Under the pieces are notes generated by a model. That model was not told where the DNA came from, ran no database searches, and worked only from the letters and a program-made list of their open reading frames with translations. The translations under genes and the position numbers were made by a program. 64,000 bases of DNA from Prorocentrum cordatum (taxonomy: Eukaryota), in NCBI GenBank assembly GCA_963575745.1, contig CAUYUJ010000219.1:1-64000 (forward strand), given 5' to 3'. Position 1 is the stretch's first letter. Every line of letters begins with the position of its first letter. Below are positions 36,610-49,609 of the stretch, piece by piece.

Positions 36610-37265
36610 CCCCAAAGGGCCCCTTGCCTGCGGCCCTCGCTGCCCCTCCATCCTCCGCCCTCCCCCGAGGTGCGCGACGCCCAGCGCCTCTGGCCTCGGG
36701 CGAGGCCCCCGCAACGGCGGGACGGGCCCGGCAAAGACCGGCCCGGGAAGAGGAGCCAGTGAAACGACGCGAAGATCGGGACAAAATCGGATCGGGATAA
36801 CTGGAAATCTCTGAGAATCGGCGGGTTTGGAAGATGTATTGGGCGCCGCGGCCGCTCCAGAGCGTTCCGGAACGCTCTGAGAGCGCTCCGGAACGCTCTG
36901 GAGCGATTTATCCCGATCCTAGCCCTGTTTTAGCCAGGTCCCCGGCAGTGGGTCGTACAAGGAATGAGGTGCAGGAACTGACCCAAGACGTGGACGGTGT
37001 TTGCTGTTATGCGCGGCCCACCACTCTGCTATGATGGGATGTGGCCTCGGTGCTAAGCGCTCTCCGCGCTGCAAGATGTTGGAGCCGAAGTAGCAATAAA
37101 ATGGATTGAAAATCAAATATGCCGAACCTGTCGTAACAATTCGGTGGCTTCTGGGGGCACCGCAGTGGAAACAGCAAGACTTCGGGAGGACGTGAGCCAA
37201 AGGGGGCAGCCGTGCGCAGCGTACTGACGCAGACCGCATGGAGATTGTTTTTTTATTCTGGCCGA

Positions 37266-37579
37266 TAACGCTCGTTACCCGGGGGGGGGGGGGGTCGTGC
37301 CCCTCGGGTAACGGTAACGCTTGGGCTGGGCGGGGTATGGCGAGGCAGGGGCGCTCTGCGATCGCCATAGTATGCGCGCGAGCAGCACTCTCTGCCTGAG
37401 AGCACCACAGTGGCTTGCGATTCGAGTACAAGCGCAAAGCCCGCCGCGTGGTCCCGGCACCACGCCCGCGCCCGCGCGCGCGACGACGATGATCGACGAG
37501 CGACGAGCGACGAGGTCGACGCCGACGACGACGACGTTTGCCGCCTGTTTCGGCCTCCGGAGGCCGTTTTCGGGCGCCG

Positions 37580-37628
<49 letters not shown>

Positions 37629-37858
37629 TTCGAGTACAAGCGCAAAGCCCGCAAGCACCAGCATCGCGCATGCGACAACGACGCATGCGAGCGCCGCAAT
37701 GGCCTGCGAGCGCCCACAGTGCGCCTGCGACCACCACACCACAGTGCGCATGCCTTCGGGCACCAGCATGTTGGAAGGGAAGACCGAGACCCCCCCCGCG
37801 TACGAGCGTTACCGTTACGGGGGGGGGGGGGGGGGAGAGGCCCGGGTAACGAGCGTTA
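37266..37858. mobile_element. MITE/foldback element with taacgctcgttacccggg TIRs
   Basis: taacgctcgttacccggg...gtaacggtaacgct versus agcgttaccgttac...cccgggtaacgagcgtta. Internal direct repeat gattcgagtacaagcgcaaagcccgc occurs twice. Confidence 0.8.
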
Positions 37859-37949
37859 CCCCCCAGAGGATAAAAAAACAATCTCATGTATCTGCATAAT
37901 AAGGCGAGTTTGGCATGCCAAACTATAGAATGAATACAAGGCCGCCTTC

Positions 37950-38427
37950 TTCTCCTCCTCCTCCTCCTCCTCCTCCTCCTCCTCCTCCTCCTCCTCCTCC
38001 TCCTCCTCCTCTTCCTCCTCTGCCGTACTCGTCTTCGTCAACCCTCATCTTCATAGCATCGTATCATCACCCTGGCCATCGTCGCCGCCATCACAACCGT
38101 CATAATCCGCAACAACATTCACTACCACGTCGTCATCGTTGTCGTCGCACCCATCATCGCTGTCACTACCGTTATCGTTAGCACCGCCATCGTCATCTCC
38201 AACAACAGCATCGTCATCATCATTATCATCATCATCACCATCATCACCATTATCATCATTATCATCATCATCATCATCAACAACAACAATAGCAGCATCA
38301 ACATCACCATCAACATCATCGTCACCACCACCACCATCATCGTCATCATCAGCATCAGGATCATCAGCATCATCATTTGCAGCAGCAGTATCATCATCAG
38401 CTACAGCGGGCTCATCATCATCATCAA

Positions 38428-38459
<32 letters not shown>

Positions 38460-38920
38460 GCATCATCATCATCGTCATCATAGTCATCATCATCATCAGC
38501 ATCATCATCAACATCATCCTTATCATCATCCGCAGCATCGTCATCGCCATCACCATCATTAACATCATCAGACCACCACCACCACCATCACCATCACCGT
38601 CATCATCACAATAATCAGCACCAACACCATCATCACCAGCATCATCGTGGTCATCATCATCATCCTTACCAGCATCACCATCATCATGATCAGCATCAGC
38701 ATCATCATCACCGTCATCAGCATTACCATCACCGTCAGCATCATCATGAGCAGCATCAGCATCGTCATCAGCAGCACAATCCTCTGCATCATAATCATCA
38801 TCATCATCATCATCATCAGCAGCATCATCGTCATCCTCATCATCATCAACAACCCTCCCTACCTCCACCTCCCCCTCCCCCATTCGCCTCCTCCTCCTCC
38901 TCCTCTTCCTCCATCCCTCC
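37950..38920. repeat. (CCT)n and degenerate (CAT)n microsatellites
   Basis: Direct reading. Confidence 0.9.
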
Positions 38921-39879
38921 CCCTTCGAAAGAACCTGTCGCAACCACAAACATGTCGGTAGCGGCGTTTCGCCTGAGACTTCCTCGTCACGTATGATCCT
39001 GAAGTTTGAAATATGCAACACGTTCAAGGATGGAGAGCGGGTGGTTTCAACTAGAGGTCGCCTTAGCGCCGCGCACATTTGTTTAAAAGTTCGTAACATT
39101 ATCACGGATGGAGGGCGGCTCCTTGTGAAAATGTGGCCACGGATTGCCTTAGCGCCGCGCGCTGTCGCCTTAAGATGCACAGCAGCGTTAGGGATGGAAG
39201 ATGGATCTCGCCTCAGCGCCGCACACATTCGCCCCACAGAGCGCACCAGTTTCAAATATCCGTGTGGTCGATGTCACATGAACGGTGTTATGGCACAATT
39301 TAGGATGGTCAGGACGCAACAGTAGCGTGGATTCGCTGTGTCGATGTCCCAGTACTGGTGTTATGGCACGATTTTCGGACTGTCATGACGCAGCGATCAC
39401 GTTGATCCACGGCGCTGAAGTCCCAGGAACGGTGTTTTTGCACGGTTGGGGATTCTCGGACGGTTGGGCCACTTCCCACAATGAAAACAGATTCTTCTAG
39501 GGACCTGTGAAGAGGGTTCTTGGAGGGAGGGATAATTGCATCACTGTTGATGCGTCTTCAGTTCAACTGGTCCTCCAACTCCTCCTCCTGCTCCTGCTCT
39601 TTTTCCTCCTCCTCCTCCTCCTCCTCCTCCTCCTCCTCCTCCTGCTTCACCAGTTTCACCAAATGCCAAGGATCCGCAGTGCCAGAGGCGGCGCAGAACC
39701 TGGGCAAAAGAGAGAGAGAGAGAAAGAGAGATAGAGAAAGAGAGAGGGAACAAGTCAAGCGCGATGCAGCTCCCCCGCCCAGGCCTCCGCCGAAAGGACC
39801 CGAAGTCTTCCGCCGGTGGAAGCCCAAGCGGGGAAACTAACGCCCCTGTCAAGCTTCAGCGAGAGCACAGGCCTGGCCT

Positions 39880-40680
39880 GACGCGGGACAAGCCTTTGTC
39901 AAGCCAGCTGGCGTGGGGACGCAGGCCTGCACTTCCCCCCGCTCTGTCCAGGGGGGGACGCTGCGTCCGAAATGCCGACGGTTCGTCGGATCCACGCCCT
40001 GCCGAAGCATCTGCAGAGACTTGGCAGTCGCCCCATCCTGAGGCCGATTCCTGCAGGGCTCAGCCAGCAAATTCATCCGATGCCTGGCGTAACTGCCGCA
40101 CCTGGAACGCCAAATAATCGGGAACCTGGCGCCAATATCCCCTCCCCACAAACGAGGGGTCCGATGAGCCTGGCGACCAATCCTGGGCATTCCAGAGCAG
40201 CGAAAGCTAGCGAGATGGGTCCAACGGCGACCGCGCTCCAGACATCTCGCACAAAGGCACCCTTCCCCCCCGCCGCCCCAAAACGTGACCGTCGGGGTAA
40301 GGGCAAAGGAGCAGTTGGGTTCCAGGGGGCCTGGGCCGCTTGGTCCCAACTCTGGAGACATCTCGGAACGTCGGCCTGCCAGCAACCTCAAGCATCGCCC
40401 CTGTGAGCCTACACAGAGTGTGCAACTTATCACGCTGCTCGATGTACTTTTCCCTCAGCGAGACTGGCACAGGAATCTCACCAGCAGCGCGTTTGGCAGC
40501 CTTGTCAGCAAGACGATTGCCTTGTCAAGCCCAGAACGAGATCCCCAGCGACTGAACTCGCGGCCAAGACCTACGAGCGGGAACGCAGAACACCCCAACA
40601 GTGTCTCCCCGCTCCCGTCGCCGAAAGTTAATCTGTTCCCAGAACTCAGCATACGGCAAGTGGGAAACATCAAGATGGCG
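39880..40680 (-). pseudogene. Decayed 3' fragment of an RNase H-bearing LINE ORF2
   Basis: Minus strand gives DVSHLPYAEFW, GNRLADKAAKRAA (RNase H C-terminal helix, ~40482-40520) and CxxC motifs (ISCTLC, CLCARC), in broken frames. The left boundary is approximate. Confidence 0.6.
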
Positions 40681-41075
40681 CCCGAGGAGTAGGAGGAGGA
40701 GGAGGAGGAGGCGGAGGCGGAGGCGGAGGCGGAGGCGGAGCTGGAGGAGGCGGAGGCGGCGGAGGCGGAGGAGGCGGAAGAGGAGGAGGAGGAGGAAGAG
40801 GAGGAGGAGAAGGCGGAGGAGGAGGAGGAGGAGGACGGGGAGGAGGAGGAGGAAGAGCAGCGGAGAGCAGCGGCAGGACGTCGCGTCGGCCAGGCCAACT
40901 AGACGCAGCACAGGCGGCCAGGGGGCCGCAGCCTCAGGGGAGGCCAGTGATGCCGATCACGTCGACGGACGCGAAGGGCGGCGCGCTGGGGCCAGACCGC
41001 CGCGCAGCGCCTTGCGGCGAGCCGCTGGGGCCAGAACGCCACGCAGCGGCTGCCCGTGCCAGGAGAGGCCGACCT

Positions 41076-44000
41076 TCAACCACTTCTCCGTCGCCTCCTG
41101 CGTCCCGCATTCCACGGCACCGAAGGCGCTCTGAGCGGGCCAATGGGCGGTGGCTGCCCTTCCCGCCGCAGCTCGGCTAGCCACGACCGCAGGCACACGT
41201 AGTCGTAGCGCCGCATGCAGTCCGACACGATCCTCTGCGACCGCGTCAGCGTGTGGCGCCACCTGTAGTAGGCCCGCCTCGCGGGCATGCCAGTCCCCCA
41301 GGCCCGCTCGCAGATCTCCACGGCCATCTCCTCGGCCGTCCTCCCACGCGCCCGCAGCCTGGTGGCGAAGCGCGGCTGGGACAGGATCTGCGTGACGTAG
41401 CCGACGCAGTGGTCGAGCCACTCGCTGTAGCACTCCATCGTCTCGCCGACCTCGGGAGCCTGGGTCCAGTACCGCACCCATCCAGCGACCTGCAGCTCAA
41501 GCCTGGGCGCGACGCTGCGCCTCGGCTGCGCTGGCTCAGGCCGAGCCACCGCAACTCTGCCAGCACTCAGGGCGGGGCCGCACACACGGTCGGCACTTGC
41601 AGGTCCCCTGCCACCCCTGGTGCTGGCCATGCACATGCCGGCGCGGTCCGCGTCGCTTCCTGGGCTCAGGGCGGGGCCGCACTCACGCACGCACATTGCA
41701 GGTCCCCTGCCACCCCTGGCCCAGGCCGTAATCCGTCGCCGCTCGGGGTGGGTGCTGGTGCTCTGGGCGGGGCCGCACTCAGGACCGCAGACTGCAGGTC
41801 CCCTGCCACCCCTGGCACCAGCCGTAGCTGCACGTGGACACGCCTCCCCAGAAGCCAGCTGCGGCTGCCGCTGGTCCTCCTCAGGCGACGCCGCTCCCAG
41901 AGACCCGCTGCCAGTGCCCAGGGCGGGGCCGCACACAGGACTGCACTTTGCAGGTCCCCTGCCACCCCTGGCGCTGGCCATACCCTTGCCGTCGCGGTCC
42001 TCGTCGCATCCTGGGCTCAGGGCGGGGCCGCACTCACGCACGCACATTGCAGGTCCCCTGCCACCCCTGGCCCAGGCCGTAGATCGTCGCCGCACGCAGT
42101 GGGCCTGGCTGCCGTCGCCGCCAGCGCCCATGGTGGGGCCGCACTCAGGGTCGCGGCTTGCAGGCCTCCTGCCACCCTTGTCACTGGCCATGCCTGGCAG
42201 CGCCCGCTGCGAGTTGTCAGACCTGCCAGCACTCAGGGCGGGGCCGCATTCTCGACCGCACTTTGCAGGTCCCCTGCCACCCCTGGTGCTGGCCATATCG
42301 GTAGCCGAGACCGGCTGCGGCGGGCTGCTCGTGTCCTGAGGGCTGGTCACGGCGCCCTTCTGGTGGTCCGTGGTCAGCGTCACCTCGTGTGCCAGGTCAC
42401 ACCTCAAGGGCGCAGGCAGCCGCGACGGCCCCGCCGCCAGACAGGCATCGACCACCCCCACGTCTGGGGCAGCTGGCGGCGGCTGGAACGTCACCAGTCC
42501 AGTGGTGCCCCCGTCGTGGCATTGGTGCGCTCCATAGGCCGAGGGCAAGCTGCCGTCGGCCATGTCTCCCTCATCACGCTGCACGCCGCTGGCGGCTGCT
42601 GGACCACGTTCGGCTAGCAGATGCTGCTGCCTTCGCTGCATCCGTTCCAGGAGCTCCTGCCGTCGCACCCGCCAAGCAGGCTTCTTGGTCTGGACTGCGT
42701 CAGAACCTCCAGCCCCTGCAGGCACCTCGCGCGTCTCGTGGTCCTGGCCAGGCCTGGTCGCCTCGCCCTGCTCCTTCTGCGCGTGCTTGCCGCTTGGCCG
42801 CTCTGCAGCGCCGTCGCCCCCAGAGGCCATGTCGCCCGCGGCCGCGCTGGCCGCTGCTGTGGCCCATGTCCTGGGGCCGTCTGGAACCTCGCCTGCACCT
42901 CCCCAAGTGAGCACCTTTCCTGTCTTGGGGTGCAGCCCTTGGCTGAGCTTCCTGAGCCGCGCCCTGAGGTTGGACAGGTAGGTGCGCTGGTTCTTGCCCT
43001 CGGCGCTGGGCGGGCCAGCGCAGGGCGCAGCCAGGGCCAGTGAGGAGCCTGTCGCCGCCCACGCCACACATACCTCGCAGTAGATGGTGGGCCCTGCACG
43101 CCTCAGCCTGTGCCCCTGCATCTCGATGGTAACGTCCCCTGAGCCCCAGGGGGCAGGCTCGGCTGGCCTGGGCCCCGCATCTTCGTGGCACGCCGCGCGC
43201 TCGATCGCCTGCATAGCGAACTCGCCCGCCTCCGAGACCACAATGGGCTGCGCGCCGACGTGCGCGATGATGGCCTCGGCCCGCAGCGCGGTGTACTGGC
43301 TGGCCACGCAAGCTGAACGCGCGAACTGCGTCCATGTGGGCCCCGTCTGCCCGCTGGTCTGCCTGCAGCAAGCGCGGCACAGCACCACCGCCGTCCCGTT
43401 CAGGCGAACCAGGGAGTGGCTGATCACAGTCGCCGCCTGCTCCTTGGGCACCTTTGGCGGGCGGGCTGTCTGCTCGGGCGCATCCCAGCGGCCTGCGTGC
43501 ATCGTCCTCTGCATCGCCCAGCCGACGTACTTTGCCAGGCTCTTGTAGTGTTGCAGCTCGATGTTGTAGAACTCCTCGTACACCTTCGACACAGTGTGCT
43601 GCATGGCTCCTTGCCGAGCGAACCAGTCGGCCCACATGTTGCCAGAGTACAGCAGCGGGTGGAGGCCTCGGTCCAAGTACGCATCCATGTCCTGATGCGC
43701 GGGGGTCCATCTCACTTCAGGCCGCGCTGGCTGGGCACGAATCCGTCTCCACACTGTGGCATGTGCCGCTCGCGCCTCCTCTAGCTCCTGCCCCCAGTGG
43801 CTGCATTCCTTCTCCATCGACAGAAGGTCGGTGAAGACGAACTCGAGCTGCGGCCCCGCGAGCCGCAATGCCTGCAGCAGCGCGTGCCTCTCCGCGCGCC
43901 CGACCGTCTGGAGCGGCCCTGGCAGCGCCCCGAACGCCGCCCGAACAGGCAGTCCCTGGAGGGAAAGCTGCACGAAGGCCCATCCGCAGCGCCTCAGCTC

Positions 44001-45951
44001 GGGCATGCTGGACGCGAAGCCTGAGCCATCGGTGAAGACGACGTTGCTGCAGGAAGCCGTGTCCGCCCCTTGGCTAGGCCAGCAGCCCCAGGACTTCACC
44101 TCGGCCTGCTCCGCGGCGGGCGGCACGAAAGGCGGCATGCAGGGCAAGCACATTTGGAAGTCGGCGCTCTCGAAGCTGCCGCCCTCCTGCAGGCCTTTGT
44201 CGCACATGAAGGTGCGGATGGCCTGCATCGGCTCGGGCGGCAGCTGCTCGTCCTGCTCCTCCTCTGTGAGCGGCTGCACGAGTACTTCGCAGCCGAAAAA
44301 TCTGTGCCCAGGCGAGTCGGACGGATGTCCGCAGGCCCTGCAATTCGGCGCCGCCGCCAGCCCAAGGTCGTGCTGGGCCTGTTGCGTCCAGGCCACCGTC
44401 GCCCAGTGGTGACGCAGGCTGGTGGCCGACGGGCCCTCCGCCAACGCCGCGCGCCCGTCGCCCACGCAGAGCCGCATGGCCCGCACCCAAGGCTTGACCT
44501 CGCCGTGCTGGCGGTAGTGCGCCGCGATCTGCCTCGCCTGCCAGCGTTGCACGCCGTCGGTCAGATGCATCCTGACGTCCTTCGGGCACGCGGTGAGGAG
44601 GTTGATCGCCGTGTCCTGGTCGGTGACCAGGGTCGTGCTGGAGTACATGTGCCATCCGATGCGCCAGAGCGTCAGCGTGACGGAGGCGATGGGACCGCGA
44701 GCCCCTGCCCACGACGGGCGCCCCACGAGCCGCTCCGTGACCTTGGCCCAGGCCCTGTGGAGCCTAGCCAGGGAGGTGCGTTGTTCCCAGATCCAGCTGG
44801 CGTATCGGCAAACGATGTCGCAGGTGGCGCCGTAGATGGGGTCGTACTCGCGCGCCTTCTGCGTGGCTAAATACACCGTGACGCTCGATGCACCTGGCCG
44901 AGCCCCTGCAAGCCTGCCAGCCTCGGCCCTCAGCACCTGCAGCGCATCGTCGGTGAGCCCTGACACCCCAGCCCCGTGCGCCGCGCTCGGCATGAGGCCC
45001 GTCTTCCACAGGCAGGTAGCGCGCCTGCCCACTGCCCCTTTGAAAGCTGCCAACTTGCCGCGCCGCTCCTTGAGCTGCCGCACCCGCTTTGCCGTCTGGA
45101 GCCTAGCGATTCTGCGCCCGCCCAGATCGTGCCCCAGGTTGCGGGCCCAGCGCATCTTGGTCAGCTTGCGGGCCGCCGCGTGTCGGGCACACTCGCGAGC
45201 AGCCGCGTCCGATGAGACCAAGTAGCCCGACTTGGTGGGCTGCACGACAATGCCTCGCTCCTGGGCGCCCTCGCGGAACCTGGTGGTGGCCGCCCACAGC
45301 ACGCCCAGTTGCGAGAGCCGCCTCCCGCGCCACTGCAAGGTGACGTCGTCGATGAGGGCCCTCGGGGTGACGCCTGCATCTCGCACCTGCTCGAGCAACC
45401 TGAACATGAGCAAGGTGACCATGGCACAGGCGTGAGTGCATCCTGCGAGCACGCCCTGATGTGACACGACCGCGTAGGACACCGAGCCGAAAGCTTGCAG
45501 CCGCCTCGGCTGCCTGTATAGCTCAATCACCATCCAGACCAACCGCAGCGGCATGCCCAGCAGCCGCGCCTCGATGAGTAGCCACTCGGGCTTAATCGTC
45601 TCAAAGAACTTCCAGGCGTCCAGCATGACGATTACGACGTGCTCGTCCAGGCAGTCCGATACCTCCGTCTCAAGGTTGAGGTCGAAGGCAGAGTCGGAGG
45701 AAGATCTGCCGCCGCCCATGCCCCAAATACTGGCATTGGGGTGCGCCGTCAGCCACGCCTTGGACGTCGAGGCACGAGCCCTCGACCACCATCGGATTAG
45801 CGAGTGCATCAGCGTGATCAGCCTGCAGCCGCCAGAGGCCTGGGGGATGCGGCACATAGCGTGCCACAGCCTTTCGCTGGGCCAAGCCCCCAGCGCCTCG
45901 CACTTCATGAAGAGCTGGCCGCAGGTGTAAACGCCGTCGTCCGTGAGAAAG
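41076..45951 (-). CDS. LINE-B ORF2 (partial): RT - zinc finger - RNase H - Cys/His repeats - RGG/CxxxC repeat tail
   Basis: RT: IPQASGGCRLITL, DAWKFFETI, GVLAGCTHA, ALIDD. CRACGHPSDSPGHRFFGC. RNH: VFTDGSG, QTVGRAERHA, VFTDL, WTPAH, GNMWADWFARQGA. LCRACC, YCEVC, then seven RGGRGPA-x-C-x3-CGPAL-type repeats. Confidence 0.92.
41559..42293. repeat. Array of seven ~69-bp hairpin units separated by variable spacers
   Basis: Units at 41559-41627, 41659-41725, 41754-41822, 41910-41978, 42010-42076, 42120-42188 and 42225-42293. Core cagggcggggccgca-N15-tgcaggtcccctgccacccctg. Confidence 0.92.
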
Positions 45952-46051
45952 NNNNNNNNNNNNNNNNNNNNNNNNNNNNNNNNNNNNNNNNNNNNNNNNN
46001 NNNNNNNNNNNNNNNNNNNNNNNNNNNNNNNNNNNNNNNNNNNNNNNNNNN
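45952..46051. other. Assembly gap (100 N)
   Basis: Run of n. Confidence 1.
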
Positions 46052-46224
46052 CTCCTCCTCCTCCTCCTCCTCCTCCTCCTCCTCCTCCTCCTCCTCCTCC
46101 TCCTCCTCCTCCTCCTCCAGGCCGCGATCGGCCATGACTGGGCGGCCGGGGGTCGATGCTTCCGCCCCTGGGCCGGCCCCTGCTGGCGTCGCCCAGGAGC
46201 CCGGCTCTGCGGGAGCTCACCCTT

Positions 46225-46471
46225 CCCTGACTCCAGATCCGCCCTACTTTGGCTTTTTTCCAACTTAAAATTGCGTCGGCAATCCACCTATAAGAGGTTG
46301 AAGAAGTAGGGCGGAAATTGCTGCACCCAACATAGAATAGGGCGGAAATCCACAGAAACAGCTACAGAAAAGTAGGGCGGAAATTGGCATCAGCGGGGCT
46401 TGAAAAGTAAGGCGGAAATTCCAAGCCCTACTTACGAATTTCCCCAAAGTAGGGCGGATCCGGAGTCAGGG
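46225..46471. mobile_element. MITE with 28-bp TIRs and internal tagggcggaaat repeats
   Basis: ccctgactccagatccgccctactttgg versus ccaaagtagggcggatccggagtcaggg. Confidence 0.85.
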
Positions 46472-48805
46472 TATCCCTATCCCCATCCCCTTCCCGATCT
46501 CTGCCCTCCCACCAGCCCGGCTGGGGATGCCCCTCGAAACCCGAGGGGAGCAGGGCCTGCATCTCTTCATCTGGGGGGGGGGATCGGCAAGTGGGGCCCA
46601 GGAGAGGGCGAGGAGCAGTCAGCATCGCATCGACGAATCGGACGCTGTCGGCACGCGCATACCCAATCGGGCCGCAGAGGCGCGGAGCTGGAATCGGATC
46701 GGCTCGGCGGCGCCCACGATGCGCAACAGCCCCGCGCAGACGTCGCTTCGCACCAGACCGCCTGAATACCGGCATCGGATCGGGGCTCGGGCCGGCCAAC
46801 ATCGACACAACATCAGATCGATCGGATCACCGTTAAAATTGTGATCGAGATACGATCCGACCGAACCGATCCGATCGATACGGCACGACCCCAAACAGTA
46901 AGGGCTTATTTCTTGCAGTCCCAAATAATTCTGAACCGTGCAGAATAATGCAATGGTTTGGCATTGCTTGGTCTTCATGAGGACCCCTGGGGAAGACCGA
47001 GGAACCCGAGCAATACACCAACACCGAGAACGTCGTCGTCGTCCTCGTCGTCCTCGTCGCTGTCGTCGTACTCGTCGCAGTCGTCGTCGTCCTCGTCGTC
47101 CTCGTCGTCCTCCTCCTCGTCGTCGTCGCAATCGTCGTCCTCGTCGCCCTCGTCCTCGTCGTCCTCCTCGCCCTCGCCCTCGTCGTCGCCCTCGTCGTCC
47201 TCGTCGTCCTCGCCGTCCTCCTCGTCGCCGCCGTCGCCGCCGCCGCCGTCGCGAGGCCCACCTCCGCCGCGCTGTCGCCGCGACGCCGGGCGTCTGCGCA
47301 CACGGCCGCCGGGGCCCTGGCCGGCGCAGCCACCGGCCCGGCCCGGGGGGGCACGCGCGGGGGGGCGCGCCTGGCGGAACCTCGTGGGCAGGAGCTGCGC
47401 GGCCGCCTCGGGGCGCATCCAGGAGGAGGAGGAGGAGGAGGAGGAGGAGGAGGAGGAGGAGGAGGAGAGGAGGAGGAGGAGGAGAGAGGAGGAGGAGGAG
47501 GAGAGGAGGAAGAGGAGGAGGAGGAGGAGGAGGAGGAAGGGGAGGAGGAGGAGGAGGAACTCCACGGAGTTCGGGGGAGGGGGGGGGAACGATGCCTCTT
47601 AAACCCTTTGAAGGCCGAAAGCTCGCCAGGCTCATCCAGTCTGGCGCGGCCGCCTCGGGGCCGGTGCATCCGAGCATGCAGACCCCGGCGAGCAGTGAGA
47701 AAATCACGACCGGGAGGCTCCTTTCCCCATATTTTCGGCCTCTGGGGGCCCTTATACCGGGCCTCGGGACCGTCCAGAAAAGACTCGAGTCGTTTTCCAG
47801 AAACGACTCGGGCCTCGGGACCGGTCCTTCATCCCGATCGGGATGAAGAGCCGGTCCCAGGGGATAGGTTCAGACCTCAGGGGTCGACGTAATGAGAAAG
47901 TGATGACGTCGGGAGTCTGGGGATGCGGGACAGGAGTCCAGGGGTCTAAAGACTGGCGGAACTCCAATCGCGGATTGGCCGTGGACACCGCCGCTGCCCT
48001 CATCGGACAACGAGTGCACCTTCCTTCCCCAACGCCCCCATCGTGCCAAACCACGCGGCCGGAGCGGGAGATGATGCGACCGCGTCGCTCGTTAGCGGTT
48101 GCACGGGCGCGAGGTCGAACGGTAACTCTGTTATTGCTGGCACCTCATAATATAAGCTCAAACATCCACAGAGAAACGTATCGAAACGCACCGTCGAGCT
48201 CCACCAAGATAGTATTGCACCTCTGCCGCGTCATTCCCGGCGATTCCACGCATGCGCGGGGTGGTCGGTGTCCTGGTGACTGGGCAGCAAGGGAGGCTTC
48301 GAGACCCCCACTTCCGACGAGGCCACCGCGGGCAGAGCCGAGAGACGGGGCCCAGGGCCGTCCCCCGGGGCACGTACAATACTGTGAACCCAAAAACGCT
48401 CTAAAAACAAAAACCGTGTTGTTTGAAGATAAGCTCGATGTGATAAAACAAGACAGTCCCAGTCAGATATGTTCGAAGAACATGTCGTGCAAACCACCGA
48501 AGGTTCTTAGAACGCTTCTTGGTGGGACCATAAGCGAGCCACGACGCTTCGCCACTGCTTGGCTCGTGCCGCGCCGAGGGCTTGCGGGCACCGCGAAGCA
48601 CAACTGGACGCCCGCATTACGCCGACCTCCGTGGCTCGAGGGCGCGGTCCGCGTGCACCAGCCGCCCGTTGGGGCCTCCTGCAGTGCACCGCCAGATCTG
48701 AGTGGCGCCAGTGCTGCGGTGGGGCTGTGGGGGGCGCGCGCGCAGAGGGCGACTGCCCCTCGTGAGTCACTCGGACGCGCGCCCCCAAGGCAACGATATC
48801 TCTGG

Positions 48806-49043
48806 AGGCCTCCTGGAGGGGGTCGGAGCAGGTGTGGTCGGAAGATCACACCGCATTGCCGATGCATCGGCGATACAACGGCGATGTAACGGGATGTAAC
48901 GGCGATGCACCGGCAACGTCGGTGATGCACCGGCAACGTTGGCGTTGAGAAACTCGGGCTTCACATCGAGCCGCGACGCCGACGCATCGGCGATGCGGCG
49001 CGATCCTCCGATCCCATCTACTCCGACCCCATCTGGGAGGCCT
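48806..49043. mobile_element. AGGCCT-ended MITE family copy
   Basis: aggcctcctggagggggtcggag ... ctccgaccccatctgggaggcct, with internal cggcgatgca repeats. Confidence 0.8.
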
Positions 49044-49047
49044 AGGA

Positions 49048-49200
49048 TTAAGTCGGGCGTGTCCCCCTACAGGCGGATTTTGGACGACACATTAAAAATA
49101 CTCAAAAAAAATACTCCAAACATGCTCAAACATACTCCAAAAATAGTCCCCGGACTATTTTTGAAGATTCCCCCTGTAGAGAGGGACAGGCCCGACTGAA
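49048..49200. mobile_element. Fourth copy of the GTCGGGCCTGTCCCCCTACAGG MITE
   Basis: ttaagtcgggcgtgtccccctacagg ... cctgtagagagggacaggcccgactgaa. Confidence 0.8.
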
Positions 49201-49609
49201 GTGCACGAGGTCCGCCCTCTCTCCCGAGGCCACGACCCCTGCGATGCGATGCGATGCGACCACCGTTGCGGACAGCGTCCGGGCCTAGGGCAGACCAGGT
49301 GGGTGAGGCCATGGCCTCTAGGATCTGAGGTGTCTGGATTCATGCACTGCGAGACATGTAAAGAGTTGGGAGGGGAAGGGGAGGAGGAGGAAAAGAAAGT
49401 CCTTGGTGGCCGCGACCCCTGGTCATCTACAGAGAGGTCCGCGCGCCCGGAGCGACGATGCCTCGGTCGGTGCGCCGGGGCCCGCGGCCCCAGGGACAGG
49501 ACCCCGTGGGGCGTGCGCGGGGTCCGCGCCCACGGGGGCACCATGCTCGGGAGACTGCGCAGCACCGGCGCCCCCGGGGCCCCGAGGGGAAATTGGCGGC
49601 GCGCAAAAG

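Larger units (their letters stand above)
40861..45951 (-). mobile_element. LINE-B: non-LTR retrotransposon, 5' part lost in the assembly gap, followed by (CCT)n on its sense strand
   Basis: Uninterrupted ORF2 reading frame from the gap to the stop at 41076, then a ~200-bp 3' UTR and the CCT tract. Confidence 0.92.

Noticed and set aside
38940..39500. Coding region in an AT-richer unique stretch with three cc(t/c)agcgccgc repeats
   Set aside because: No recognisable domain or consistent frame.
41559..42293. CRISPR array or known ribozyme (HDV, hammerhead, twister)
   Set aside because: Eukaryotic context, no cas genes, 69-bp units with 28-87-bp spacers inside an ORF. I could not fit the catalytic consensus of known ribozymes by eye. 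Kept as an unknown structured array.
45952..46220. N-terminus of the 1714-aa ORF
   Set aside because: It is read through 100 Ns and a GGA tract. The real 5' part of LINE-B is missing.
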